Position numbers and translations under genes: made by a program. Source: an uncultured Mitsuokella sp. (lineage in GTDB: Bacteria; Bacillota; Negativicutes; Selenomonadales; Selenomonadaceae). Taken from it: a stretch of DNA of 48,752 nucleotides. Under the pieces are notes generated by a model. It saw only the letters and a program-made list of their open reading frames with translations, ran no database searches and was not told where the DNA came from. The stretch is from assembly GCA_900770895.1 (NCBI GenBank), contig CAAGMF010000242.1:1-48752 (forward strand). The letters are read 5' to 3'. This document shows positions 9,125-19,602 of this stretch, piece after piece (position 1 is the first letter of the stretch; each line of letters opens with the position of its first letter).

Positions 9125-10351
9125 TTACGACTCTTTCTCCTGAAGGTGGCGATTCTGCGTCTCTTTCATGAGCAGAGCGACGATGAAGAGGCAGGATTCG
9201 AAGGCCACGACGATGATATCGAGAGCGGCTACGTGGCCGAGCGTCGTTGTCAGGAAGCCCATGAGAGGCCCCGAGAAGAACGAGAGGAAGTAGCTCGAAG
9301 CACCGACAATGCCGGTAGCCAGACCAATCTGGCTCGTGCTGACGCCATCCTGCGCGATCGTGTAGCCAAGCACATAGATGGCATGAAGGCCGATGCCCAT
9401 GAGGCCGCCGACGATGTAGAGAGCGATGGATGTCTGCGGGATGACGTGGAAAATCAGGAAGGCGCAGATGGCATTGAGCCCCGAGAGGAAGATGATGGTC
9501 GGTTTGCGACCAAAGCGATCGGCGAAGAAGCCGAGAACGACGCCGCTGAGTCCGCCAATGCCATAAATGGCACCGAAGAAGCTGCCAGCTTCTGTCGGAC
9601 TGAATCCCTTATACGTCATGAAGAGGTATGGACCCATTGAAGCGAAGCCCCAGTACGGGATGATGTTGAGGATCTGGATGAGGACGCCGAGCCAGACGAC
9701 TTTATTGAAGCCGACCGTGCGGATGGCTTCAACCAAATGGATGCGCTTGATATCCGTCGATGTATCGGTGTATTTTTTCTTGAAGCCGAAGATCAGAAGC
9801 AGGCCGAAGATGACAGTGGCAATGCCCATATGCGTCAGGCCGATGCTCCAATCTCCTGTCCGCTCCAGGCTCCAGCCATAGTAGGTCGGGCCGACATACG
9901 CGCCGATGGAGTAGAATGTCATCATGAGTCCATTGAGCATCGCACGTGCTGCCGGGAAGATCGATCCAGCAACGGAATACATGACAATGTTCCAACAGCC
10001 TTCGAAGACACCAAAGCAGACGCGCCAGAAGGCTGCCCCGATGAAACTGGCCGAGGTCGTGACGCAGGCAGTCATGCAGCCGAGACCTACCATGCCGAAG
10101 ATCAACATGCGCTTGCGCCCGAAGCGGTCAGCCAGATAACCGGCTGGAATATCGATGAGTGCCTGACCAAGGGTAAAGATCGTGCCAATCGTTCCGAGCT
10201 GTACGGCGGTCAGCGACAGGGAGGCAGCAACTGCCTTGAGGCCGACGCCGAAGGAAAGGCGGTTGGCCGAATAGAAAGCATAGCCGAGTGCCAGCAGGAA
10301 CAGTTGAAACCAAAGAATCTTCGGTATCTTGAACGGGCTTTTCTGTTCCAT
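9125..10351 (-). CDS. MFS transporter
   Basis: 408 aa, 12 predicted TM segments and the MFS loop motif GYLADRFGRKRM. Confidence 0.85.
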   Translation of the reverse strand: MEQKSPFKIPKILWFQLFLLALGYAFYSANRLSFGVGLKAVAASLSLTAVQLGTIGTIFTLGQALIDIPAGYLADRFGRKRMLIFGMVGLGCMTACVTTSASFIGAAFWRVCFGVFEGCWNIVMYSVAGSIFPAARAMLNGLMMTFYSIGAYVGPTYYGWSLERTGDWSIGLTHMGIATVIFGLLLIFGFKKKYTDTSTDIKRIHLVEAIRTVGFNKVVWLGVLIQILNIIPYWGFASMGPYLFMTYKGFSPTEAGSFFGAIYGIGGLSGVVLGFFADRFGRKPTIIFLSGLNAICAFLIFHVIPQTSIALYIVGGLMGIGLHAIYVLGYTIAQDGVSTSQIGLATGIVGASSYFLSFFSGPLMGFLTTTLGHVAALDIIVVAFESCLFIVALLMKETQNRHLQEKES

Positions 10352-10633
10352 AATACATACGTCCTTTCTGAGTGTAACATAGTTAATTAATTAAGGGGAA
10401 ACTGTTTTGTATTATACCATTTGTGTAATTAATGTAAATACAGAATCGGAATAAAGTACAAAAATTTTTATGCAATGGACAATGAAGATAAAAGCATAAC
10501 GTCTTTCTTGGTGATGGTGCGTTTTTTCTCCTAGTCAATATTGCTCGAGTGATTTTCCGAGCGGGATGAAAGACAAAACCGCTTGCTCGCAGCCCTCTTA
10601 TAGGAAAAAGCATACTAAAAACGAGCTGAAAAC

Positions 10634-10662
10634 TTTACGCATATCGAAAATCAGTGTATAAT
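10634..10662 (+). promoter_or_regulatory. Candidate sigma70 promoter of glyQS
   Basis: TTTACG at 10634-10639, a 17-nt spacer and TATAAT at 10657-10662. The ~110-nt leader carries hairpin GAACGTTA/TAACGTTC (10665-10700). Confidence 0.5.
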
Positions 10663-10776
10663 GTGAACGTTAAAGTCTCAAGCAACACAGGATAACGTTC
10701 CATACATTCGATGTATCGGACGAAACGTATAACTGTAATTTTTGCACGTTTGTGCGAGCTAAAAGGAGCATAAATC

Positions 10777-11670
10777 ATGAAATTCCAGGAAATCATCCTG
10801 AACCTGCAGAAATTCTGGTCGGAACAGGGCTGCATCCTCGCGGAGCCTTATGATGTAGAGAAGGGCGCCGGTACGATGAACCCCTCGACCTTCCTGCGCG
10901 TGCTCGGCCCAGAGCCATGGCATGTGGCCTATGTCGAGCCATCCCGCCGCCCGGCTGACGGCCGCTATGGCGATAACCCGAACCGTCTGTACCAGCATCA
11001 TCAGTTCCAGGTCATCATGAAGCCGTCACCGGACAATATCCAGGAGCTTTACCTGGCAAGCCTGGAGCGTCTCGGCATCGACACGAAGAAGCATGATATC
11101 CGCTTTGTCGAGGATAACTGGGAGTCGCCGACGCTCGGTGCCTGGGGCCTGGGCTGGGAGGTCTGGCTCGATGGCATGGAGATCACGCAGTTCACTTATT
11201 TCCAGCAGGTCGGCAGTCAGGATGTGGCACCGGTAGCCTCGGAGATCACGTACGGTCTCGAGCGTTTGGCCATGTACATCCAGGGCGTCGAGAATGTCTA
11301 CGATATCCAGTGGACGGACGACTACACCTACGGCGATGTATTCCATCAGAATGAGTACGAGCAGAGCGTCTATGCCTTCGAGCTGTCGGATGAGAAACTG
11401 CTCTTCGACCTGTTCGACAAATATGAGGCCGAGGCGGTGCGCGTCATCGAAGCCGGCTATGTCCATCCGGCCTATGACTATGTTCTCAAATGCTCGCATA
11501 CATTCAACCTTCTTGATGCACGGGGCGCGATAAGCGTTTCCCAGCGCACGGCTTTCATCGGCCGCGTGCGCAAGCTGGCCCGCCTATGTGCGGAGTGCTA
11601 TCTCGAGCAGCGTGAGAAACTGGGCTATCCGATGCTGCATCGTGGCGAGAAAGAGGAGGAGAAGGCATGA
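10777..11670 (+). CDS. glyQ: Glycine--tRNA ligase alpha subunit
   Basis: [19 protein letters not shown]... matches the highly conserved GlyQ N-terminus. 297 aa, and it overlaps glyS by 4 nt. Confidence 0.97.
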   Translation: MKFQEIILNLQKFWSEQGCILAEPYDVEKGAGTMNPSTFLRVLGPEPWHVAYVEPSRRPADGRYGDNPNRLYQHHQFQVIMKPSPDNIQELYLASLERLGIDTKKHDIRFVEDNWESPTLGAWGLGWEVWLDGMEITQFTYFQQVGSQDVAPVASEITYGLERLAMYIQGVENVYDIQWTDDYTYGDVFHQNEYEQSVYAFELSDEKLLFDLFDKYEAEAVRVIEAGYVHPAYDYVLKCSHTFNLLDARGAISVSQRTAFIGRVRKLARLCAECYLEQREKLGYPMLHRGEKEEEKA

Positions 11671-13733
11671 GCAAGACATTATTGCTAGAGATAGGCACTG
11701 AGGAGGTACCGGCACATGTCATGCCGGGCATACTGGCCGAGCTGAAAGATATAACAGCAGCCGAGTTCAAGGAGTCCCGTCTGCACTATGATTCCATACG
11801 CACGCTGGGCACGCCGCGTCGCACGGCTCTGATTGTCGAGGGACTGGAGGAGCAGCAGGCTGATGCTTCGCATTCCGACAGAGGTCCGTCGCTGAAGGTG
11901 GCCTTTGACGCCGATGGCAATCCGACGAAAGCAGCGATGGGCTTCGCGCGCGGTCATGGCGTAAAGCCTGAGGAACTCGTGCAGCGCGATGGCTATGTCT
12001 ATGCCGACGTTCATGAGGCCGGCCAGCCGACAGCGACGATCCTCTCGGAGCTCCTGCCGAAAATCATCTGCAGCCTGTCCTTCCCGAACAATATGCGCTG
12101 GGGCAGCCTGGACTTCAAGTTCATCCGTCCGATCCGCTGGTTCGTATCGCTGTACGGCAGCGATGTCATACCGTTCGAGCTCGCCAATGTAAAGGCCGGC
12201 AACCGTTCGCGCGGCCATCGCTTCCTCGCCGATGGCAATACCGGCAGCTTCGTCATCAACTCGGCCGATGAATATGAGAAGGCCTGCGAGCAGCAGTACG
12301 TCATCGTCGATCAGGACAAGCGCCGGGCGATGATCAAGAAGCAGATCGAGGAGGTTGCTGCTGCGAATGGCGGTCAGGCCGAGATTACGGATGACCTGCT
12401 CGAGGAGGTCACCTACCTCGTCGAGTATCCGACGGCTCTTTGCGGTCATTTCGAGGAGAAATATCTCCAGCTGCCGCCGGAGTGCGTCATAACGCCGATG
12501 CGCGACCATCAGCGCTACTTCCCGGTCAAGACGGCGGATGGCAAGCTCCTGCCGCTCTTCATCACGGTCCGCAATGGCGGCAGTGAGTACCTCGATATCG
12601 TGCAGCATGGCAACGAGCGCGTCCTGCGTGCCCGTCTGGCTGACGCCCAGTTCTTCTTTGATGAAGATCGCAAGAAATCGCTGGCCGAGCATCGTGAGAA
12701 GCTCAAGACGGTCGTATTCCAGCAGGGCCTCGGCAATATGTACGAGAAGACGGAGCGTCTGGCCGTTCTGGCTGACTTCATCGCCGATGCGGTCGGTGCT
12801 GATGAGAAAGCGCACAAGCATGCCCATAAGGCTGCCATCCTCTCCAAGGCCGACCTCGTGACCGGTATGGTGACGGAGTTCACCGAGCTGCAGGGCATCA
12901 TGGGCCGCGAATACGCTCGCCTCGATGGCTGCTGTGAGGGCGTAGCTGTCGCTATCGATGAGCACTACATGCCGCGCTTCGCTGGCGATGGCCTGCCGCA
13001 GACGACGGCTGGCCGCATCGTGAGCCTCGCGGACAAGATCGATACGATTGTCGGCACGTTCTCGCGCGGCAAGATACCTACGGGCTCACAGGATCCGTTT
13101 GCCCTGCGTCGTCAGGCATTAGGCCTCGTGAATACGGTTATCGAGGCTCAGTGGAAGATATCGCTGTCCGATATCGTGGCCAAGGCCATGGATCAGTATG
13201 GCATCACGGATGCGGAGCAGCGCGCCAAGCTGCAGGATGAGGTCGCTGATTTCATGCGGCTGCGCCTCAAGAACGTGCTTGAGACGGCAGGTGTACGCTA
13301 CGACATCATAGATGCTGTCCTGGGGGATGTAGACGACGTATACGCTGTCAGCCTGAAAGCTAAGGCCCTCGCTGCATTCGTGGGCGAGACGGATGCGACA
13401 AGCTACATCCAGGCCTTCGTCCGCGCGGCCAATATCGCCGCCAAGGCGGAGAGCAACCATATCGATGCCCAGCTGTTCACGGAGCCGGCGGAGGAAGCAC
13501 TGTATGAGGCGTATACGGCCGCTGCGGCCTCGGTCAGCAATCTGGCTGCCAGCAACGACTACGCTGGCGTCATAGCTGCACTGGAGACGCTGGCTCAGCC
13601 GATTGATGAGTTCTTCAACGCTGTCATGGTCATGGACAAGAATGAGCAGATTCGCGCCAACCGCCTCGGACTCATGAAGTCCATTCAGGAACTCGAGCAG
13701 ACAGCCGCTGACTTCACGAAACTCGTTATCTGA
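11667..13733 (+). CDS. glyS: Glycine--tRNA ligase beta subunit
   Basis: 688 aa starting [11 protein letters not shown], with typical GlyS length and coupling to glyQ. Confidence 0.97.
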   Translation: MSKTLLLEIGTEEVPAHVMPGILAELKDITAAEFKESRLHYDSIRTLGTPRRTALIVEGLEEQQADASHSDRGPSLKVAFDADGNPTKAAMGFARGHGVKPEELVQRDGYVYADVHEAGQPTATILSELLPKIICSLSFPNNMRWGSLDFKFIRPIRWFVSLYGSDVIPFELANVKAGNRSRGHRFLADGNTGSFVINSADEYEKACEQQYVIVDQDKRRAMIKKQIEEVAAANGGQAEITDDLLEEVTYLVEYPTALCGHFEEKYLQLPPECVITPMRDHQRYFPVKTADGKLLPLFITVRNGGSEYLDIVQHGNERVLRARLADAQFFFDEDRKKSLAEHREKLKTVVFQQGLGNMYEKTERLAVLADFIADAVGADEKAHKHAHKAAILSKADLVTGMVTEFTELQGIMGREYARLDGCCEGVAVAIDEHYMPRFAGDGLPQTTAGRIVSLADKIDTIVGTFSRGKIPTGSQDPFALRRQALGLVNTVIEAQWKISLSDIVAKAMDQYGITDAEQRAKLQDEVADFMRLRLKNVLETAGVRYDIIDAVLGDVDDVYAVSLKAKALAAFVGETDATSYIQAFVRAANIAAKAESNHIDAQLFTEPAEEALYEAYTAAAASVSNLAASNDYAGVIAALETLAQPIDEFFNAVMVMDKNEQIRANRLGLMKSIQELEQTAADFTKLVI

Positions 13734-13751
13734 CATATCGTATGAATGTAG

Positions 13752-13779
13752 TCCCCTGGGCTCGTGCCTGGGGGATTTT
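13752..13779 (+). terminator. Terminator after glyS
   Basis: TCCCCTGGGC / GCCTGGGGGA stem (two G-U pairs) followed by TTTT. Confidence 0.55.
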
Positions 13780-13870
13780 GCCATATAGCCTGCTTATCGG
13801 GATCCAGCCCGGCTGGAAACAACATTCACAGGCTGAAAAACTGTAGCTGTGAGCAGCAGAGGTAGAACAA

Positions 13871-15328
13871 ATGACACAGTATGATAAACGCAACATATCC
13901 ATGATGATGGATTTCTATGAGATGACTATGGCGAATGGCTATTTCCAAAGCCATGACCAGGACAATCTCGTCGCTTTCGATGTCTTTTATCGGCAGAACC
14001 CCGATGAGGGCGGCTTCGCCATCTTCGCCGGACTCGAGCAGGTCATAGAGTATGTGGAGAATATGCGCTTTACGGATGAGGATATCGAGTATTTCCGCCA
14101 GCAGGGGATTTTCTCGGAGGATTTCCTGAGCTATCTGCGGGACTTCCATTTCAAAGGCGATATATACGCGATGCCTGAAGGGACAGTCATGTACCCGAAT
14201 GAGCCGATTCTGACGGTCATCGCTCCGCTCGTCGATGCCCAGCTCGTCGAGACGGCTATACTGGCCCAGGTGAACCATCAGTCGCTCATCGCCACGAAAT
14301 CGCGTCGTATCGTGCATGCGGCCAATGGACGGGCGGTATCGGATTTCGGCGCCCGCCGGGCGCATAACATGGACGCTGCCACTTATGGCGCCCGTGCGGC
14401 TTATATCGGCGGCGTTGTCGGTACGGCTACGGTGTCTGCTGGGCAGATGTTCGACATACCGGTGTCGGGCACGATGGCTCACAGCTGGATCATGTACTAT
14501 GGGGATGAGTATGAGGCTTTCCGTCGCTATGCCGAGGTATACCCGGATGCGACCGTCCTGCTCGTCGATACCTACGATGTCATACACTCGGGCATCCCGA
14601 ATGCGATCAAGGTAGCCCATGAGGTACTCGAGCCGATGGGCAAGCGTCTGGCCGGCATCCGCATCGATTCTGGCGACCTGGCTTATCTCTCGAAGCGCGT
14701 TCGCAAGATGCTCGATGCGGCAGGCCTGCCGGACTGCAAGATCGTCGTATCGAACAGCCTTGATGAGTTCACGATATCCTCCCTGCTGAGCCAGGGAGCC
14801 TGCATAGACAGCTTCGGCGTAGGTGAGAGACTCATCACGGCGAAATCGGAGCCGGTATTCGGCGCGGTATACAAGATGACTGCAGTAGGTAAGGACGGAG
14901 TATTCGTCCCGCGCATCAAGGTATCGGAGAATGTCGAGAAGATAACGAATCCGGGGCTGAAATCCGTCTATCGCGTCTATGATGCCAATGGTCATGCCGT
15001 CGCTGATCTCCTGGCCAAGCTGGATGAAAATCCGGATCTGTCGCAGCCGTACCGCTATATAGACCCCCAGAAGCCTTGGAAAAACCGTCATTTCGATGGC
15101 TGCACGATCAAGAATCTCCGTCGCCTCTATGTGCGTCAGGGCAAGCGCTGCGAAGAGCTGCCCAAGCTGTCCGATATCCGCGACTACGTGAAGCGCCAGC
15201 TCGATACCGAGATCTGGGAGGAGGAGCAACGCTTTGAGAATCCGCACCGCCATTATCTCGATATGACGCCTGATTACTATGAGATGAAGATGGACCTCCT
15301 GTCGAAGACGCGCGAGGTCCACAGTTGA
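13871..15328 (+). CDS. pncB: Nicotinate phosphoribosyltransferase
   Basis: 485 aa. N-terminus ...MMMDFYEMTMANGYF and ...GTMAHSWIM... are characteristic of NAPRTase. Confidence 0.9.
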   Translation: MTQYDKRNISMMMDFYEMTMANGYFQSHDQDNLVAFDVFYRQNPDEGGFAIFAGLEQVIEYVENMRFTDEDIEYFRQQGIFSEDFLSYLRDFHFKGDIYAMPEGTVMYPNEPILTVIAPLVDAQLVETAILAQVNHQSLIATKSRRIVHAANGRAVSDFGARRAHNMDAATYGARAAYIGGVVGTATVSAGQMFDIPVSGTMAHSWIMYYGDEYEAFRRYAEVYPDATVLLVDTYDVIHSGIPNAIKVAHEVLEPMGKRLAGIRIDSGDLAYLSKRVRKMLDAAGLPDCKIVVSNSLDEFTISSLLSQGACIDSFGVGERLITAKSEPVFGAVYKMTAVGKDGVFVPRIKVSENVEKITNPGLKSVYRVYDANGHAVADLLAKLDENPDLSQPYRYIDPQKPWKNRHFDGCTIKNLRRLYVRQGKRCEELPKLSDIRDYVKRQLDTEIWEEEQRFENPHRHYLDMTPDYYEMKMDLLSKTREVHS

Positions 15329-15410
15329 GCTATGGCTGTATGTTCTTACTACGCTGTTTTCTCTAACCTCATTAATTTAGGAAAAAAATTGTTTCGCAGG
15401 AGGGGTGTTC

Positions 15411-16271
15411 ATGATTACAGGCACGACGAAGAATCTTGGGGTCATCGGCTGGCCCATCGTCCACTCGCTTTCGCCCGTCATACAGAATGCTGCCATTGCC
15501 GCGGCAGGAATCGATTACGTTTACACGGCTCTGCCCGTCAGGCCGGAGAATCTGTCGGCAGCCGTGCAGGGACTTGCAGCTGCTGGTTTCATCGGATTCA
15601 ACGTGACGATTCCGCACAAGCAGGCAATCATGCCATATCTTGATGCCATCGATGATGATGCGAAGGTAATCGGGGCTGTGAACACGGTCGTCAATCATGA
15701 TGGCCAGCTCAAAGGCTATAATACCGACATCACGGGCTTTCTGAGCGGCCTCGACTATGCCGGTATCGACGTGCATTGGCATGAGGCCGTAGTGCTCGGA
15801 GCCGGTGGTGCCGCTCGGGCTGTCGTCTGGGGATTATTGCGTGCCGGCGTCAGCCGTCTGTCCATCGGAGTGCGCAATCCAGCCAAAGCACAGCAGCTGG
15901 CTGCAGATATGAACAAGGCCGTCGGCTATGAACGCGTGACCGTATACGACTGGCAGAGCCCGGAGTTCCAGAAGGCCTTGGCCAGTGCCTTCATTGTCGT
16001 GAATACGACACCGCTTGGCATGTATCCCCATGTAGACGTTGCACCGCCGGTGGATGTTCAGAACATGGCCGAGGGGGCTGTGGCATACGATGTCATATAT
16101 ACCCCCGCTGAGACGCAGTTCCTGCGCAGTGCCCGCGAGAATGGGCACATCACCATAAATGGCGAGCACATGCTGGTCGGTCAGGGGGCAGCCGCCCTGA
16201 AGCTGTGGACCGGCATATCTCCTGATACCGGCCTCATGCGCCGCGCACTGCGCGAGCAGCTCGAGGCCTGA
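15411..16271 (+). CDS. aroE: Shikimate dehydrogenase
   Basis: LGVIGWPIVHSLSPVIQNAA, NVTIPHK, GYNTD and the NADP motif GAGGAARAV. AGGAGG lies 7 nt upstream of ATG 15411. Confidence 0.9.
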   Translation: MITGTTKNLGVIGWPIVHSLSPVIQNAAIAAAGIDYVYTALPVRPENLSAAVQGLAAAGFIGFNVTIPHKQAIMPYLDAIDDDAKVIGAVNTVVNHDGQLKGYNTDITGFLSGLDYAGIDVHWHEAVVLGAGGAARAVVWGLLRAGVSRLSIGVRNPAKAQQLAADMNKAVGYERVTVYDWQSPEFQKALASAFIVVNTTPLGMYPHVDVAPPVDVQNMAEGAVAYDVIYTPAETQFLRSARENGHITINGEHMLVGQGAAALKLWTGISPDTGLMRRALREQLEA

Positions 16272-16300
16272 TGACGTCGAGAATTGGAAAGGCGGGGTGG

Positions 16301-17353
16301 ATGATGAAAGAAAAAACATTAGCACAATATCTCCTCCGCTATCCTCGCCGTACCATCAGGCTTACTGAACTGCAGGATCAGTTCGCAGCAAGTGGATATG
16401 GAGCACTTCGCGCAGGGCTGCAGAAAATGCTCGCATCGGGAGTAATCGAGCCGATACAGGCAGGTGGAGTGGATTTTTCTGGACTGCCATGGCGTATGCG
16501 CATAAATAAGGAAAGACTTGCACGGCCGGTGGTGGAAATTATTCAGCAGCAGGCCATAGAACATGGCTTCTTACCAGAGCTGGATTTCAGCAGCTATTAT
16601 TGTGAGCCACTTGCGGTATGGGAGCATGACTTGCCGTATATCGAGCAGCTGGATCACTGGCTGCGCGGGCCGCGGCGAGCCACCTCGCGGCAGCAGTGTT
16701 CCTGGGACATCTTCCATGATGAGAAATTCTTGCTTGGTAGCAAAGGACAGCAGTTTCTAAAACGATTGCAGCTCACGAAAGACAGCCTTAGCATCGTCGA
16801 GGCTCCTGATCCACTCATGATGGCGGTGAATGCAACCAGACTCACTGCACCGGTGCAGCATTTTCTCATCGTTGAGAACAAGGCCACTTATGTCCAGCTG
16901 CAGAGCAATCTTCCCGCAACGGATTTTGCGGGATTGATTTTCGGCTATGGCTGGAAAATAGAAAACAATATTTCATGTTTGCCGCAGCAGCTTGGTCAAA
17001 CGGACTGCACGAATCATAGATATGTACTCTGGTACTTCGGTGATTTTGATTGGGAAGGGCTGAAAATCTGGCAGTCACTGTATGATCATCTTACAGAGGC
17101 TGGGATGACGGATCGCATGAAGGTACAGCTGGCTGTGCCCTTCTATGAACGATTCCTCGCTCATGATGCGCCACATGGCAAGACAAACCAGATGCCGGAT
17201 GAATCGGCACTCACAGTGTTTGCGGCACATTTTCCTGCAGACGTACAGGTGCGCTGGCGCGAGATCCTCGAGACAGGTGGCTACTATCCGCAAGAGGCAC
17301 TTAACGCGGATGAGCTCGTGGCGGCCTGGCATGAGACGATCAGGATGGTGTGA
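16301..17353 (+). CDS. Toprim-domain protein, JetD/DUF2220-like (putative nuclease subunit of an SMC-type system)
   Basis: Acidic Toprim-type motifs FLIVENKATY (Glu codon 16874-16876) and WYFGDFDWEG (Asp codons 17042-17044 and 17048-17050), plus an N-terminal winged-helix-like region. The alternative start ATG 16271 overlaps the aroE stop. Confidence 0.6.
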   Translation: MMKEKTLAQYLLRYPRRTIRLTELQDQFAASGYGALRAGLQKMLASGVIEPIQAGGVDFSGLPWRMRINKERLARPVVEIIQQQAIEHGFLPELDFSSYYCEPLAVWEHDLPYIEQLDHWLRGPRRATSRQQCSWDIFHDEKFLLGSKGQQFLKRLQLTKDSLSIVEAPDPLMMAVNATRLTAPVQHFLIVENKATYVQLQSNLPATDFAGLIFGYGWKIENNISCLPQQLGQTDCTNHRYVLWYFGDFDWEGLKIWQSLYDHLTEAGMTDRMKVQLAVPFYERFLAHDAPHGKTNQMPDESALTVFAAHFPADVQVRWREILETGGYYPQEALNADELVAAWHETIRMV

Positions 17354-17356
17354 GAA

Positions 17357-18844
17357 TTGGAAATAGAGAATTTTGCGGAGCGCATGCAGCGCATATTGCT
17401 CGTAGCGCCGCTGTACCATCTCGGACGGCGGCAGTTTTTGTCGCGCCGTGACAGTAGTGTGAAGTATTCCGGCATGGAACTGGGACTGCTCATGCTGCTG
17501 TATTTTTTTGAGCAGATGTTAAGCGGGCGGCGACAAGCAGGCATCCGCGGTCTTGCCGAGTTTCTTCGGCGACAGACGCACGGGGAGCTCTTTGCGCAGG
17601 CGAGCGAATACGAACAGCTCGCCCGAGAGCTTGTGGCAGCGTTCCGGCCGACGAGCGGACGGCGCACACAGGCAGAGTTTTATGACTGGGAGCATCGGCA
17701 GACAGCCACGGTACAGTATTCTTACCTGCGGGCTGGAAAGGCGGATGTGGCGGCAAATGAGCAATACTATGTACTCGACGAGCAGGGACTCGAACTCATC
17801 TTCGCAACGAAGGAGTATTTCAGCGAGTATCAGCTCTCAATCAATCAGCTTATCCTGCGCAAGCAGCTCGAGCGAGGACAGTTCGCGCTGGCATTGCGAC
17901 AGATACAGGAAATGCGTCTCGATGTTGAGAATCTCGAGACGCGTATGGCACGCATACGCCGCGAGATTCACCGCAACATCATCTCAGAGGATACATTGGC
18001 TCGCTATCGCAAAATCGTCGATGACCTGAATCAGCGGCTCCAGAGCGAGGATAAGACATTCCGCGAGTTGAAGGAGTTCGTGCGGGAGACGCGAGACCGC
18101 GTGCGCGACAATGTCGATAAAGATCCGGAACGACGAGCCTACGAGAATATTGCAGAGGTCGAGCGGCGCCTTGATTTTGTGCATGGGATGCACAGCAAGC
18201 TGCTGCGTGCGGGGATACAACTCGGCACAGAGGCGCTCATAGCAGCTGAGGAATCGCTTTATTTCAATGGTGTCGACCGGTTCAATTTTCAGCAGGAAAT
18301 CACAAGCCGTATGTTTTCATCGCCTTTACCGCCCTGGAGTGCACGTCGGTTGGTGGAGCCGTTCCTCGAGCTCGAGCAAGTGCGCCTATGGTCGCCACTG
18401 GCGGTGTTCTTCCCGCAGCGGCTTGAGCGGCTGGCGGAGGAACGTCCCGAACTCGAATTTCCAGAAATCGGGGCAGAGGTACACGAAGAGAAAGAACTGG
18501 ATGCTGTGCAGGAGCGCTATGCGCTCATCATGCGGGTATTTCTCGCTTACCTCGATCAGATAGAAGCCGAGCGGACAACGTTAGGAGATTTTTGCCATTA
18601 TCTCGCACAAGGAAAGACGGACTGCCCACAGGACAAGCAATTCTTTCTCTTCTGGTTGTTGCTTCATCGCCAGCATGAGCTGCATATGAATGACGAAAGT
18701 ATCGGCGAGAAATCCCCTTACGCGCGTATATTGCAGGACTCGCCAGAGCTTGCATCCATCGTGGTCGTCGAGAATGGCCGCATACTGGATTTCCCGGATT
18801 TCACTATGAGTGACATGGATATCAGCATCAGGAGGTCTGACTAA
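17357..18844 (+). CDS. Hypothetical 495-aa protein; candidate kleisin-like (JetA/MksF-position) subunit
   Basis: TTG 17357 lies 3 nt after the upstream stop. The central region is helical and heptad-rich (LRKQLERGQFALALRQIQEMRLDVENLETRMARIRREI...). The assignment rests on size and position only. Confidence 0.45.
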   Translation: MEIENFAERMQRILLVAPLYHLGRRQFLSRRDSSVKYSGMELGLLMLLYFFEQMLSGRRQAGIRGLAEFLRRQTHGELFAQASEYEQLARELVAAFRPTSGRRTQAEFYDWEHRQTATVQYSYLRAGKADVAANEQYYVLDEQGLELIFATKEYFSEYQLSINQLILRKQLERGQFALALRQIQEMRLDVENLETRMARIRREIHRNIISEDTLARYRKIVDDLNQRLQSEDKTFRELKEFVRETRDRVRDNVDKDPERRAYENIAEVERRLDFVHGMHSKLLRAGIQLGTEALIAAEESLYFNGVDRFNFQQEITSRMFSSPLPPWSARRLVEPFLELEQVRLWSPLAVFFPQRLERLAEERPELEFPEIGAEVHEEKELDAVQERYALIMRVFLAYLDQIEAERTTLGDFCHYLAQGKTDCPQDKQFFLFWLLLHRQHELHMNDESIGEKSPYARILQDSPELASIVVVENGRILDFPDFTMSDMDISIRRSD

Positions 18845-18855
18845 TGGAGGTCGAT

Positions 18856-19602
18856 ATGAGCAAGGTCCAGCGGGCCTTTGAAATATATGCAGAGCTCGCG
18901 GCGCGTGGACGAACCAGGCGACTCGATGTACCGGAGCTCTGGGAGGATGACGATGTGAAGTTGCTGGTACAGCGCTTTGTCCAGCAGGTGCAGTGTGCAC
19001 TCATCGATGACTCGGAATACTACTACCTCATACCGCTGGCGTTGGAATCGCCGTTTCATATCAGCAATGATACGTTCAAAAAGGAAAATCTGCCTTCGCG
19101 CGCGGTAAACATGGATATATACCTCATGTATCTCACTATCATCGTGTTGTTTGGTTGCTTCTATGATAGCTATGAGACGAACGAACCGCTTGACTTCGTA
19201 ACGATTGATTTCTGGCTGGAGCAGATGAATCAGCGCATTGAGGCGCTCCATCGCCACGATGAGGCTGTATTGCGTCAGATGGAGCAAGCTTATGATTTCA
19301 ATTGGGTGGCGCTTATCCAGAAGTGGGAGGATATGGACAGCGTAAAGGAAACAGCACGGAAACAGGATAGTCGCACGAATAGTCGCGTAGCCTTCCTCAA
19401 TATGACACGGGATTTCCTCGTACGGCAGGGATTGGTGGAGGATATCGGCAATCAGGAACTGTCACTGACCGAAAAGGCGCGCATCATCATCAGCCGTTAC
19501 TACATGAGCGAGGAGCATGACCGCGGCATTTTGGACTTCATGTATGGGCTCGACCATGGAATGGAGAAAAAGAAGGAGGACGATCATGCCAGCCATCAGT
19601 AA
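18856..19602 (+). CDS. Hypothetical 248-aa acidic protein; candidate KITE-like (JetB/MksE-position) subunit
   Basis: GGAGG lies 5 nt upstream of ATG 18856. An earlier ATG 18844 overlaps the upstream stop as TAATG. The assignment rests on size, acidity and position only. Confidence 0.4.
   Translation: MSKVQRAFEIYAELAARGRTRRLDVPELWEDDDVKLLVQRFVQQVQCALIDDSEYYYLIPLALESPFHISNDTFKKENLPSRAVNMDIYLMYLTIIVLFGCFYDSYETNEPLDFVTIDFWLEQMNQRIEALHRHDEAVLRQMEQAYDFNWVALIQKWEDMDSVKETARKQDSRTNSRVAFLNMTRDFLVRQGLVEDIGNQELSLTEKARIIISRYYMSEEHDRGILDFMYGLDHGMEKKKEDDHASHQ

Noticed and set aside
10480-10540. T-box-like string TTGGTGATGGTGCG followed by TTTTTT upstream of glyQ
   Set aside because: It matches the AGGGUGGNACCGCG core at only about 8 of 13 positions. 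It lies ~245 nt before the start codon and upstream of the best promoter, with no convincing terminator/antiterminator stems and no Stem I/specifier features.
11685-12965. 426-aa ORF antisense to glyS
   Set aside because: Shadow ORF opposite a highly conserved gene, with no recognisable domain.
13826-15322. 498-aa ORF antisense to pncB
   Set aside because: Shadow ORF that spans exactly the pncB coding region on the opposite strand, with no motifs.
19517-19585. Earlier start for the SMC-like gene (ORF-track start 19517)
   Set aside because: It would overlap the upstream gene by 86 nt and lacks an RBS, whereas ATG 19586 has AAGGAGGA 5 nt upstream.
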